The position numbers were made by a program, and so were the translations under genes. DNA of 64,000 nucleotides from a bacterium (GTDB lineage: Bacteria > Zixibacteria > MSB-5A5 > WJJR01). Below the pieces are notes generated by a model, which did not search any database, was not told where the DNA came from, and saw only the letters and a list, made by a program, of their open reading frames with translations. The stretch is from NCBI GenBank assembly GCA_021813505.1, contig JAKAKI010000038.1, positions 651 to 64,650 of the forward strand, read 5' to 3'. Shown here one piece after another: positions 46,959 through 56,070 of this stretch. Numbering within the stretch: position 1 is the stretch's first letter; each line of letters starts with the position of its first letter.

Positions 46959-47093
46959 GGTGCCACGGACAAGCAGATTCACCGGCCCTTTGGAGAATCT
47001 GCTTGTCCGTGCCTTCTATACAGAAGCAGAAGAAAGACACGGACAAGAAAGACCGAGCAAAGAACCACTCGATCTTCCTTGTCCGTGGCACCC
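46959..47093 (+). repeat. MITE-like 135-bp element (copy B) with perfect 15-bp terminal inverted repeats GGTGCCACGGACAAG...CTTGTCCGTGGCACC
   Basis: Terminal inverted repeats and two internal hairpins read directly. Lies between the convergent ptrB and gltS-like genes. Confidence 0.75.
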
Positions 47094-47290
47094 GAATGGT
47101 CGGGCATTCACCTGATCGGTCGGGTATTCCAGCACGCCCGATTGCTTGGGCACCCGCATGGGCAAGATTCCCATGTTACCAACGAATTAAAAATACCGAT
47201 GGCGGGTACGTTGGACCCGCCATCACTGCGTCCCTCTCGGAGACTGGGCCGATTACAATCAGTCCCCGCCGGGATATCGAAGACCGATGA

Positions 47291-48946
47291 TCAGTTCGGC
47301 CGCACTGGCATCGCAGATCCCGCCGACTTGGGATCGCCCAACTGCGATTTGCCCCGGTGGCCGTTGCCGCCGAAGATCTGGTCGACGGCCTCTTTATCGA
47401 CGTCCATGATGTACGGGATGCCACTGACCTTGGCGGCTTCCGGTGTGAGGGCAGCAAGGTCGTCGCGCGACATATACTCGAGAGCAAAGCGGCGGCTGCC
47501 GGCCATGAGCTGGCGCAGGCCCTGAGCGAGACGTTCGTAGTACGTGTACAGCCCGATCGCTCCGGGCGGGAGGCGGTCGAACGCGTCATCGCCAAGTTCC
47601 TTGCGCAGATCGCTCGCCGTAACGAAGATCTGATCGATCGTATCACCGAACCGTTCGACGTAGACAGGCAGTTGCTGATCTCGAATCGCCTGGCCGATGG
47701 TCTTGCCGACCATCGCGGCAGCAATTGGGGAGCGGGCCATGCCGACCAGCTTCACGAATGGAGCGCCCATTGCCAAACCCTTGAATATCTGATCTTCAAA
47801 CGTGAATCCGCCAGCAACCGCGAGAGTCGGAACGTGCTGTCCTGCCGCTTGCAGACGGGTGGCATACTGGTGAAGCAGCGAATGCAGCTCCAGCGGTGGG
47901 ACACCCCATTCATTCATCATCCGCCACGGGCTCATCCCGGTTCCGCCACCGGCACCATCGACGGTCAGCAGATCGATACCATAGCGGGAGGAGAAGACAA
48001 TGGCGCGGGCCAGATCGACCGGCCGATAGGCGCCGGTCTTGAGGAAGATGTACTTGGCGCCGATCTTGCGGAGGTTTTCGACCGCCTGCGCGAACGCATC
48101 CTCGGTCACCATGCCGACACGCGAGTGGCGTTCGAATTCCTTGAAGGCGCCGTGCTCGAAGGCCCGGATGACATTCGGGTCGGTGGGATTCGGCATGACG
48201 ATGTAACCGCGTTCGTAGAGCATCTGCGCTTTCTTCAAGTTCCGGATCTTGACCTCGCCACCGATGTCTTTGGCGCCCTGTCCCCACTTCATCTCCACGC
48301 ATTCGACACCCAGCTTTTCGATGGCGTATTGGTGTACGCCGAGCCGGGTGTCTTCGATATTGGACTGGACGATGATGGCGCCGTAACCGTCGCGCTGATG
48401 ATCTTTGAAGAGATTGACGCGGCGCTTGAGGTCGACCGTGTCAATGACCCGGCCGTCGCGGATAATCGATTCCACGTCCATCCCGGCAACGTTCTCGCCA
48501 ATCGTCAATCCGGTTCCCGCGAGCGCGGAGCCGATGGCCAGGCCCTCCCAATTGTTCTTGGCGATGTCGGTCGAGCCGATGCCGGGAATGATCCAGGGAT
48601 AGCGGAACTTGAGCTTCTTGTCATGTCCAAAGCGGACCTCGAGACTGACCGCCGGGAAGATGGCCTTGTCGGAATCGGCCGCCACACCGAATGCGCCGGC
48701 CGCGGTGCCCATGATGTTGAGGTGCGAATAATCGAGCGGGTAGTCCTTCTCGGCCGCGGTCGTGATGACGCCGAACGGCTGGGGATAGATCACCTCGTGC
48801 CCCCGGAAGGCCGATTTCCCGATTTCGCACATGCCGATACACCCGTCGACGCAGGTCACGCACATTCCCGAGGTGTGCACGATCGAACCTTCGGTCCGGT
48901 TCTTCGTCAGGGTTGCTGCCGACGTATTGATTCTGGACAGTGACAT
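47291..48946 (-). CDS. archaeal-type glutamate synthase large-subunit homolog (FMN-binding GltS domain 2 with N-terminal Cys-rich Fe-S region)
   Basis: 551 aa from ATG (MSLSRINT) with AAAGGAG SD. Cys cluster CVTCVDGCIGMCEIG. TIM-barrel GltS_FMN hallmarks (LKTGAYRPVDLARAI, DGAGGGTGMSPWRMMNEWGVP, VAGGFTFEDQIFKGLAMGA). Confidence 0.75.
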   Translation of the reverse strand: MSLSRINTSAATLTKNRTEGSIVHTSGMCVTCVDGCIGMCEIGKSAFRGHEVIYPQPFGVITTAAEKDYPLDYSHLNIMGTAAGAFGVAADSDKAIFPAVSLEVRFGHDKKLKFRYPWIIPGIGSTDIAKNNWEGLAIGSALAGTGLTIGENVAGMDVESIIRDGRVIDTVDLKRRVNLFKDHQRDGYGAIIVQSNIEDTRLGVHQYAIEKLGVECVEMKWGQGAKDIGGEVKIRNLKKAQMLYERGYIVMPNPTDPNVIRAFEHGAFKEFERHSRVGMVTEDAFAQAVENLRKIGAKYIFLKTGAYRPVDLARAIVFSSRYGIDLLTVDGAGGGTGMSPWRMMNEWGVPPLELHSLLHQYATRLQAAGQHVPTLAVAGGFTFEDQIFKGLAMGAPFVKLVGMARSPIAAAMVGKTIGQAIRDQQLPVYVERFGDTIDQIFVTASDLRKELGDDAFDRLPPGAIGLYTYYERLAQGLRQLMAGSRRFALEYMSRDDLAALTPEAAKVSGIPYIMDVDKEAVDQIFGGNGHRGKSQLGDPKSAGSAMPVRPN

Positions 48947-49030
48947 CTTACTCGCTCCTTTCAACCGTCAATGATTTCATCATCATAGCCTATGCGATCA
49001 TTCCCGTGTGGCATGCGTGGCCGGACGGCC

Positions 49031-49708
49031 TCAGTCTTTCTTGATCTCGCAAGCGACACACGGTGTCATGTAACACATCATATCATCGAACTGCGGCTTG
49101 TCGACGCAGGGCGGCTCCAGATTACCGCAACCGCCGCAGATCGCCTTCTCCGGCTGGTTATAGGTGCAACGAAGCTGGCAGGCCGGGCAGACGTAGATAC
49201 ATCCACCGCAGAGACGGCAGACTTCGGATTTGGCATCGAACGGCGTGCCGAGGCTGCGATGCTCGCCACGGCCACGGAAACCGATCGCGTGGGCCATCAT
49301 CTGTTCGGAACACATGCGCAGGCACAGCCCGCAGAGAATGCAATCCTCGTGTTCCTGCCGGAAACGCTGCTGCCGTACGCCATGCTCGGAGGCGAGATCC
49401 TGAATGACCTTCGATTGCGGGCAGGTGGCGAGCAGCAATTCGATCACCATCTTGCGTGCCTTGACTACACGCGCCGAGGAGGTGCGTACAATCAGACCCG
49501 CTTCGGCCGGATAGGTGCAGGAGCTGACGAGCCGCGACTTGGGGCTCTCGCCAATCTCCACAACACACAACCGGCAGGCGCCGTACGGCGATAGGCCCTC
49601 CATGTGGCAGAGCGTGGGAATCGGAAAGCCGAGAAACTTGGCGGCTTCGAGGACGGTTGTCCCTTCCTCTACGGTGACATTCAATCCGTTAATCTTCAGA
49701 GTGATCAC
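49031..49708 (-). CDS. 2Fe-2S / 4Fe-4S ferredoxin-domain protein (NuoG N-terminal / HndD-BfuA-like fragment)
   Basis: GTG start with GGAGGGAG SD. VITLKINGLNVTVEEGTTVLEAAKFLGFPIPTLCH (2Fe-2S fold) followed by His-ligated and CxxCxxCxxxCP 4Fe-4S motifs. Start overlaps the stop of the upstream gene (GTGA). Confidence 0.75.
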   Translation of the reverse strand: MITLKINGLNVTVEEGTTVLEAAKFLGFPIPTLCHMEGLSPYGACRLCVVEIGESPKSRLVSSCTYPAEAGLIVRTSSARVVKARKMVIELLLATCPQSKVIQDLASEHGVRQQRFRQEHEDCILCGLCLRMCSEQMMAHAIGFRGRGEHRSLGTPFDAKSEVCRLCGGCIYVCPACQLRCTYNQPEKAICGGCGNLEPPCVDKPQFDDMMCYMTPCVACEIKKD

Positions 49709-52700
49709 AGGGCAACTCCCTCCACGACCGAGACCTCGGCGTTGGTCTTCGATGGCTGGGTGAATTCGAGATCGCAACGCAGGCAACGTCCGGCCTCACG
49801 GCGCGCGTCCTCGGTGGACAGGGTTCCGTCGACTTCGGCGAAGCTGCGCCTCCGGGCCTCGACAGCAACGTGGGGCGCAACGGCGCGGTGGCCGTTGCCA
49901 TTCCCGTCTCCAGGAGGCCCAACCGGTTCGACGTAAATGTGCGGCAGACGGGCAGTCCCCGGCTGGCGAAGAGTCGTGCCGGAGAGATACCGGTCGATCA
50001 TTACCGCGGCCTTCTTCCCTGCCGCCACCGCATCGATCACTGTGTTGGGTCCGGTCACCACATCCCCGGCGGCGAAGACTCCGGGGCGATTGGTCAGAAG
50101 AGTCGCCGGATCGGCATTAACCGTGCCGAACTTGCTCATCTCGATCAAGCTGGAGCTGGCGGCGCGGATGCAGTCGGTGTCGGATCCCTCGCTGATGGCG
50201 ACGATCAAGGTATCCAGCGAGGCGGTGAACTCGGTTCCGGGAACTGGTTCCGGCTGGGGCCGGCCACTGGCATCGCGAGGGCCGAGTTTATTCCGGAGGA
50301 ATTCCACCCCCGTCAGGCGGCCATCTTTCGCGAGGATTCGCATCGGTGTGACCAACGGTTCGAGGATGACGCCTTCCTCGATGGCGGCTTCGATTTCTTC
50401 GGCAAAAGCCGGCATCTCCGCCCGGGTGCGGCGGTAGAAGAGTGTGACGCTTTTGACTTCTTTCTGCCGGAGCGCCAAGCGAGCGGCGTCGACGGCCGAG
50501 TTCCCACCGCCAATGACACCCACGTGGCCACGCGCCAGAGCGAATCCCCCGGTATTGAATGCTCTCAGGAATTCGATGGACGGATAGATGCCGGGAGTGT
50601 CCTCACCGGGGAGTCCCAGGCGCAGGCTCTTGTGCGCGCCGATCGCGATCAGCACCGCCTTGTAGCCATCCGACTGGAGACTGTCGATGGTGAAGTCTCG
50701 TCCGAGGGCGGCGTTGCAGCGCACTTCGATATTCTCATCGAGGATCGATTCGATTTCTTTGCGAATCACATCGGGTGGCAGGCGGTAGGCCGGGATGGCG
50801 CTGTAGAGCATGCCGCCGGGTTTGGCGGCCTGCTCGAAAATGGTCGAGCGATAGCCGCGCAATGAGAGGTGATGCGCCGCGGTCAGCCCCGCGGGGCCGG
50901 AACCGATGATCGCGACCTTTGGCGAATTGGAGTCCGGATACGCGGTCCGCAGTGGCCGATACGTTGACGGATCGACGCGATCAGTTACGAAGCGCTTGAG
51001 GGCACGAATCGCAATCGCCTCTCCCCCGTGCTCGCCGGCCCGGCAATGCTCTTCGCAGGGATGATTGCACACACGGGAACAAACCGACGGGAAGGGATTG
51101 GCTTCGCGAATCACACGGTAGGCTTCCTCGTACTCGCCACGCCGGATGTGGGCGACATAGCGCCACGCCTCGGTGCCCGCAGGACAGGCCGACTGGCACG
51201 GCGCCCCGACCAGATCCTTGCAGACGTGGGCATCGCACTTCTTGTCCCAAACGTGGCGTTCGCACTCCTCGCGGAAATAGCGCAACGTGCTGAGCACCGG
51301 GTTGGGTGCGGACTGCCCGAGGCCGCACATGGTTGTGTCCTTGACCGTGGTGGCAAGTTCTTCGAGCAAATCGAGCTGGTCGAGAGTCCCCTTGCCTTTC
51401 GAAATGTCCTCGAGGATTTCGTACATGCGTTGCGTGCCCTTGCGGCAGGTGAAGCACTTGCCGCAGGACTCATCTTTCAAGAACGACATGAAGTACTTGG
51501 CGACGTCCACCATGCAGGTGCGTTCGTCCATGACGATCATGCCGCCGGAACCCATGATCGAACCGGCCTTGGTCAGGCTGTCGTAATCGATGGGAAGGTC
51601 AAACATCCTCGCCGGAATGCATCCGCCGGAGGGACCGCCGGTTTGCACGGCCTTGATCTTTGCGCTTCCAACCTGCCCGCCACCGATTTCATAGACGACA
51701 TCCCGGATCTTTATGCCGAGAGGGACCTCAACCAAGCCGGTACTCTTGATCTTGCCGACGAGCGAAAAGATCTTCGTACCGGTGTTGCCGGGCACGCCGA
51801 TTTTTGCGAATTCTGCTCCGCCGCGGTTGATGATCACCGGGATGTTCGCCAGCGTTTCGACGTTATTGATACACGTCGGATGTCCGTCGATTCCCTTGTG
51901 AATCGGATACGGCGGGCGCTGGCGGGGCTCTCCGAGTTTGCCCTCAACTGACTTTATCAGCGCTGTTTCCTCGCCGCATACGAAAGCGCCGGCGCCGCGC
52001 ACGATGGACATATTGAACCTCAGATCGGATCCGAGAATCCTGTCGCCGAGCAATCCCAGTTCGGTGGCGTGCTTGATGGCGATGTAGGAATGCTTGACGG
52101 CGAGAGGGTATTCGCTGCGTACGTAGATGATGCCTTCGGTCGCGCCGATCGCGATTCCGGCGATGATCATCCCCTCGAGGATCGCGTGCGGGTTGCCCTC
52201 GAGAAGGCTTCGATCCATATAGGCACCCGGATCGCCCTCGTCGGCGTTGCAAACGACGAACTTCTGCTCGTCTTTCCGGCCGGAGGTGCGGGCGAGGCGC
52301 CACTTTTGTCCGGTGGGAAATCCCGCGCCGCCACGTCCGCGCAGACCCGAGGCAATGACTTCCTGAATGATCGCATCCGGATCGGGGCTGGAGAGGACTT
52401 TCTCAAGAGCAGTGTATCCCCCCAACGCCAGGTAGTCGCGAATCCGAATGGGGTCGAGCTTTTCGTTGCTCCCCAAAATCGTCCGTGTCTGCTTCTCGAA
52501 GAAGGGAATGTCGTTTTGGGAGTACCGCGGGCGCCCGTCCCGGGCGTCCTTGTAGATTAGTTGTTCGTCAACGTAATCTCCGAGAACCGCGTCGATAACG
52601 CGAGGCACATCTTCCATGCGCAACTTCGGATAGAGCTGGCGTCCGGGTTGCACCAGGATGAAAGGATCCATTTCGCAGAATCCCTGGCACCCGGTGATTC

Positions 52701-52896
52701 GCAGACCGAGACGGTCCTGTATGCCGCGTTCAAGCAGGACGCGCTTGATCACGCGGATGATATCGTTGGAACCACTGGCCTGTCCGCCGGTCCCAGCACA
52801 GACAACCAATGTGGGCCGGTCGTACCGGATGGTCTGCTCGCTGTAGATGTCCTGCCGAAAGCGCGCAAGATCCTGTACCGATTGAAGCCTCATCAT
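49705..52896 (-). CDS. fusion of NuoF-type NADH-binding FMN/4Fe-4S flavoprotein (with N-terminal thioredoxin-like 2Fe-2S domain) and GltD/NfnB-type FAD/NAD(P) oxidoreductase
   Basis: NuoF motifs GRGGAGFPTGQKW, ESCGKCFTCRKG. GltD-like part VAIIGSGPAGLTAAHHLSLRGYRSTIFEQAAKPGGML with two CxxCxxCxxxCP clusters before it. ATGA overlap with the upstream nuoE-like gene. Confidence 0.8.
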   Translation of the reverse strand: MMRLQSVQDLARFRQDIYSEQTIRYDRPTLVVCAGTGGQASGSNDIIRVIKRVLLERGIQDRLGLRITGCQGFCEMDPFILVQPGRQLYPKLRMEDVPRVIDAVLGDYVDEQLIYKDARDGRPRYSQNDIPFFEKQTRTILGSNEKLDPIRIRDYLALGGYTALEKVLSSPDPDAIIQEVIASGLRGRGGAGFPTGQKWRLARTSGRKDEQKFVVCNADEGDPGAYMDRSLLEGNPHAILEGMIIAGIAIGATEGIIYVRSEYPLAVKHSYIAIKHATELGLLGDRILGSDLRFNMSIVRGAGAFVCGEETALIKSVEGKLGEPRQRPPYPIHKGIDGHPTCINNVETLANIPVIINRGGAEFAKIGVPGNTGTKIFSLVGKIKSTGLVEVPLGIKIRDVVYEIGGGQVGSAKIKAVQTGGPSGGCIPARMFDLPIDYDSLTKAGSIMGSGGMIVMDERTCMVDVAKYFMSFLKDESCGKCFTCRKGTQRMYEILEDISKGKGTLDQLDLLEELATTVKDTTMCGLGQSAPNPVLSTLRYFREECERHVWDKKCDAHVCKDLVGAPCQSACPAGTEAWRYVAHIRRGEYEEAYRVIREANPFPSVCSRVCNHPCEEHCRAGEHGGEAIAIRALKRFVTDRVDPSTYRPLRTAYPDSNSPKVAIIGSGPAGLTAAHHLSLRGYRSTIFEQAAKPGGMLYSAIPAYRLPPDVIRKEIESILDENIEVRCNAALGRDFTIDSLQSDGYKAVLIAIGAHKSLRLGLPGEDTPGIYPSIEFLRAFNTGGFALARGHVGVIGGGNSAVDAARLALRQKEVKSVTLFYRRTRAEMPAFAEEIEAAIEEGVILEPLVTPMRILAKDGRLTGVEFLRNKLGPRDASGRPQPEPVPGTEFTASLDTLIVAISEGSDTDCIRAASSSLIEMSKFGTVNADPATLLTNRPGVFAAGDVVTGPNTVIDAVAAGKKAAVMIDRYLSGTTLRQPGTARLPHIYVEPVGPPGDGNGNGHRAVAPHVAVEARRRSFAEVDGTLSTEDARREAGRCLRCDLEFTQPSKTNAEVSVVEGVAL

Positions 52897-53834
52897 GATG
52901 CGCTTCCCCTCTCTGGAGCATTAAAGGCCGCCGTGGCGCCTGACCGGCCGGAATCGAGATCCAGCGTATGTGACGGACAACCGCGGCGGGAACAGAATTG
53001 CACAATCCCCCCACCCGTGATGCCGAGAGGTACCATCGGTGCGTCGCAGTCATTGCAATGGACGGGCCCCGCCAAATCGTGGTCACAATTCGGGCAGCGA
53101 AAACTCGTGATGCTGTCGTTTGGGAAAAGCGTATCCGTCACCGAATGGACGCTCCCGTAGAGGCGGGACAGATTGATCCAGCCGCTTTGCCCATCGGCGT
53201 TACCGCGCAATCGAATAGAGGCCTGGCCATCAACAAGGTGTGCCTCATCCAAAAGAGAGTGCCCACAGCGCGGGCACTGGACATTGAGCGGAAAGATGCG
53301 TTCGTCATGCAGCGCATCGTCGGCTTCCGAGCCGCGGATCGCTTTCGCGATGATGGGCTCCACCTTGGCCACACCAACGTTGGGATTGTAGCGGCCGTCG
53401 ACGACCACGATCGGGCCGAGCGCACAGGCCCCCAGGCAATTGACCGTTTCCAAAGTGAATTCCCGGTCCGTAGTGGTCGCGCCGGGATTGATTCCGAGGC
53501 GCCGCTTTAACTCCTCGACCACGCCGGGCGCCCCCCGGACATGGCAGGCGGTGCCGACGCAGGCGGATACCAGATGACGGCCGCGAGGGCTGAGACTAAA
53601 CGCGCGGTAGAAGGTCGCCACGCTATAGATGTCCACTAGCGACCGGCGGCTCTTCAGCGCCACTGCCTCAAGCGCCCCCCTCGACAGATATCCGTATTTC
53701 TGCTGAATATCCTCCAGAACCGAGATGAGTGCGCCGCGGCGGTCAGCATGCTTCTCGACAACACGAGCTACTTCTTCTGCAATCATGTCTTCCTCACCGA
53801 TGAAGTCGAACTTAGCGTTCCAATAGGCAAACAT
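52893..53834 (-). CDS. NuoE/HoxE-type thioredoxin-like [2Fe-2S] ferredoxin with C-terminal Cys-rich (4x CxxC) extension
   Basis: Core CVGTACHVRGA...CLGACALGPIVVVDG. C-terminal CPRCGH...CPNCDH...CNDCDAPM...CSRRGCPSH. Start uncertain (ATG at ~53834 MFAYW or ~53786 MIAEEV). Confidence 0.7.
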   Translation of the reverse strand: MFAYWNAKFDFIGEEDMIAEEVARVVEKHADRRGALISVLEDIQQKYGYLSRGALEAVALKSRRSLVDIYSVATFYRAFSLSPRGRHLVSACVGTACHVRGAPGVVEELKRRLGINPGATTTDREFTLETVNCLGACALGPIVVVDGRYNPNVGVAKVEPIIAKAIRGSEADDALHDERIFPLNVQCPRCGHSLLDEAHLVDGQASIRLRGNADGQSGWINLSRLYGSVHSVTDTLFPNDSITSFRCPNCDHDLAGPVHCNDCDAPMVPLGITGGGIVQFCSRRGCPSHTLDLDSGRSGATAAFNAPERGSAS

Positions 53835-54060
53835 TCTTAGCGATACTTCTCGCAGTGCCAGACACCGCCCAGCGGCTTGGCGTCGCTGCAGGTGAAGCGA
53901 TCCTTGCAATCGCGGCAGAGACCGTTGAACCCCTCACTCGGCTGCCGATCTTGCCGCCGCGGGGTGGTCCCTTTTTTCCCTTCGGGCTTGCCCTTCGGAC
54001 TCATTGTCAGCAATCCCTGCGCGACCCCAATTGGCCGCGCATCCTCCGCTCCCGAAACGG

Positions 54061-54082
54061 GGCAACCATCATGCCGTCAAGG
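54061..54082 (-). promoter_or_regulatory. candidate sigma-54 (-24/-12) promoter CGGCAT-N5-TTGCC upstream of the nuoE-like operon
   Basis: Minus-strand reading of 54061-54082 gives GACGGCATGATGGTTGCC with GG and GC spaced exactly as in TGGCAC-N5-TTGCA. ~230 nt upstream of the operon start and directly downstream of a sigma-54 activator gene. Confidence 0.3.
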
Positions 54083-54316
54083 CCATATGGATCAGACAAT
54101 TGGGTATTCTTTGTCACTTGGAGTGGCGCGAGAGAAATACGGTCAAATTCCCCGAATGAAAAGTGAGATTATGACTGATGAGTCGTCTAATCTCTATGAC
54201 AGCAGCGTCAGACAGTAATGCTGAGAATCACCCGGAAATGCGGGGAATTCGGAATCGGCGGGGAGGAACTACCCGGTGGACTGGGTCGACGAAGTGGACG
54301 GAGTGGACTTAGTGGA

Positions 54317-55672
54317 CTATGGCTCGTCGGGGGCACCCGAGAGTTTGAGTTTCTCGCGGAGGGTCTTGCGGTCGATGCCGAGGATTTCGGCGGCGCGCGT
54401 CTTGTTGCCGTCAACCGACGCCACGACATTGCGAATGTGGTCGGCCTCGACTTCGGCGAGTGTGCGGTGAACCCCGCTTTCGCGAAGCGCGCGGAATCGC
54501 ATCAGCGACGGCAGATCCGGCACTTCGATCAGGTCCCCCTCGCTCATGACGACCAGCCTTTGGATCACGTTTTCCAGTTCACGCACATTGCCGGGCCAGT
54601 AGTAGTTGCGCAGGACATCGAGGGCATCCTCGGAGAATCGAGGTGCAGGACGGCCCTGCTCGCCGGCGAATTTCTCGGCGAAGTAACGAATCAACAGAAT
54701 GATGTCATCGCCCCGATCGCGGAGCGGCGGGATGGAGATCGTGATGACATTGAGCCTAAAGTAGAGATCCTCCCGAAACGTCCCCTTCTTCACCAGCCCA
54801 AAGAGGTCTTTGTTGGTCGCGGCCAGGATGCGAACATCGACTTTGCGACTCTTGGTGTCGCCAACGAGACAGACATGCTTGTCCTGCAGGACGCGCAGGA
54901 GCTTGACCTGCATTGCCAGGCTGGTTTCGCTGATTTCGTCCAGGAAGATCGTGCCCCCGTCCGCAGTCTGGAAGAATCCGGCGCGTGTCTCGGTGGCACC
55001 AGTGAACGCCCCTTTGAGGTGGCCGAAGAGTTCGCTCTCAAGAAGTGTTTCCGGGATTCCACCGCAATTGACGGCGACAAACGGGGCTGCCCCCCTGGGG
55101 CTCCCGTAGTGGATAGCACGTGCCAGCAGTTCCTTGCCGGTGCCACTCTCCCCGGTGATCAGGACAGTGGCGGCAGTGCCCGCTGCTTTGGTGACCGCAG
55201 CGAATACGTTTTGCATCGCCTCCGAGGCAGCGATGAATCCGTGCTTGGAGGCCGGAGACTGTGCAATGGCCAGTTGCTGCGCGCGCAACGCCGGCAGGCG
55301 ATCCAAGGCGCGGCCGACCGCGGCCAGCAGTTCATCAGCACTGAATGGTTTTGCCAGGTACTCCTCGGCCCCTGCCTTGACCGCAGCGACCGCCCCTTCG
55401 ATGGAAGCGTAGCCGGTGATCATCATGACTTCGGTGGTCTTGAAGTTCTCCCGGACATGGCGCACCAGATCCAAGCCGGGAGAACTCGGCATTTTCTGAT
55501 CAGTGATCACCAAATCGACGCGGCAGCCTTCGAGGAGCTTGACCGCCTCCGCAACGCCGGGAGCGGTCAGGACACGGAATCCCGCTGGGGAGAGATTGCG
55601 GCGGATGACCTCGAGTGTGTCGGGGGAATCATCCACGACGAGGATGGTTGTCTTCGCGGCAGTTGAGGACAA
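54317..55672 (-). CDS. sigma-54-dependent Fis-family response regulator (NtrC-like enhancer-binding protein)
   Basis: Receiver domain (ILVVDDSPDTL...DLVITDQKMP). AAA+ sigma-54 interaction domain with GAFTGA (GHLKGAFTGATE), Walker A GESGTGKE, and C-terminal Fis HTH. Confidence 0.9.
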   Translation of the reverse strand: MSSTAAKTTILVVDDSPDTLEVIRRNLSPAGFRVLTAPGVAEAVKLLEGCRVDLVITDQKMPSSPGLDLVRHVRENFKTTEVMMITGYASIEGAVAAVKAGAEEYLAKPFSADELLAAVGRALDRLPALRAQQLAIAQSPASKHGFIAASEAMQNVFAAVTKAAGTAATVLITGESGTGKELLARAIHYGSPRGAAPFVAVNCGGIPETLLESELFGHLKGAFTGATETRAGFFQTADGGTIFLDEISETSLAMQVKLLRVLQDKHVCLVGDTKSRKVDVRILAATNKDLFGLVKKGTFREDLYFRLNVITISIPPLRDRGDDIILLIRYFAEKFAGEQGRPAPRFSEDALDVLRNYYWPGNVRELENVIQRLVVMSEGDLIEVPDLPSLMRFRALRESGVHRTLAEVEADHIRNVVASVDGNKTRAAEILGIDRKTLREKLKLSGAPDEP

Positions 55673-55908
55673 ATTGCTGAATCTCCGGGATTGGAATCAG
55701 AATCCACTCACAATCCCCAGGACCAGTTTACAATATATTGGGAGGCTGAACAACCACCCAGCATGGGTTCATGACAACGCCATGGCCACGATGCCGTGCT
55801 GAAGTAGCCCGAGCAATTGAGACGCTATCAAAACAGCGAGGCGGAGATTGCTTCGCTCCGCTCGCTGTGACCTCGCGAGTATCCCGGAGCTAATTGTGTC
55901 CCATGTCA

Positions 55909-55953
55909 TTGCGAGGAGCGTCTCCGCCGAAGGCGGAGGGAGCGACGAAGCAA
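55909..55953. repeat. second identical copy of the 45-bp TTGCGAGGAGCGTCTCCGCCGAAGGCGGAGGGAGCGACGAAGCAA motif
   Basis: Exact match to 4078-4122. Located upstream of the sigma-54 activator gene. Confidence 0.8.
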
Positions 55954-56070
55954 TATCGTGCGTCCCCTGTTCCAGAATACGATTGGCAGGCTTCTTCAGC
56001 AGGCCCATGAGGGGCGCGGACTGCCTCGTTCCCGAATCGCGGGCAGGGAGATGGTTGGAATGAGGTCGGA

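Noticed and set aside
47357-48943. + strand ORF 47357..48943 (528 aa)
   Set aside because: Antisense to the FMN glutamate-synthase-domain gene, which has clear family motifs.
49870-51951. + strand ORFs 49870..50865 and 51028..51951
   Set aside because: Antisense to the NuoF-GltD fusion gene.
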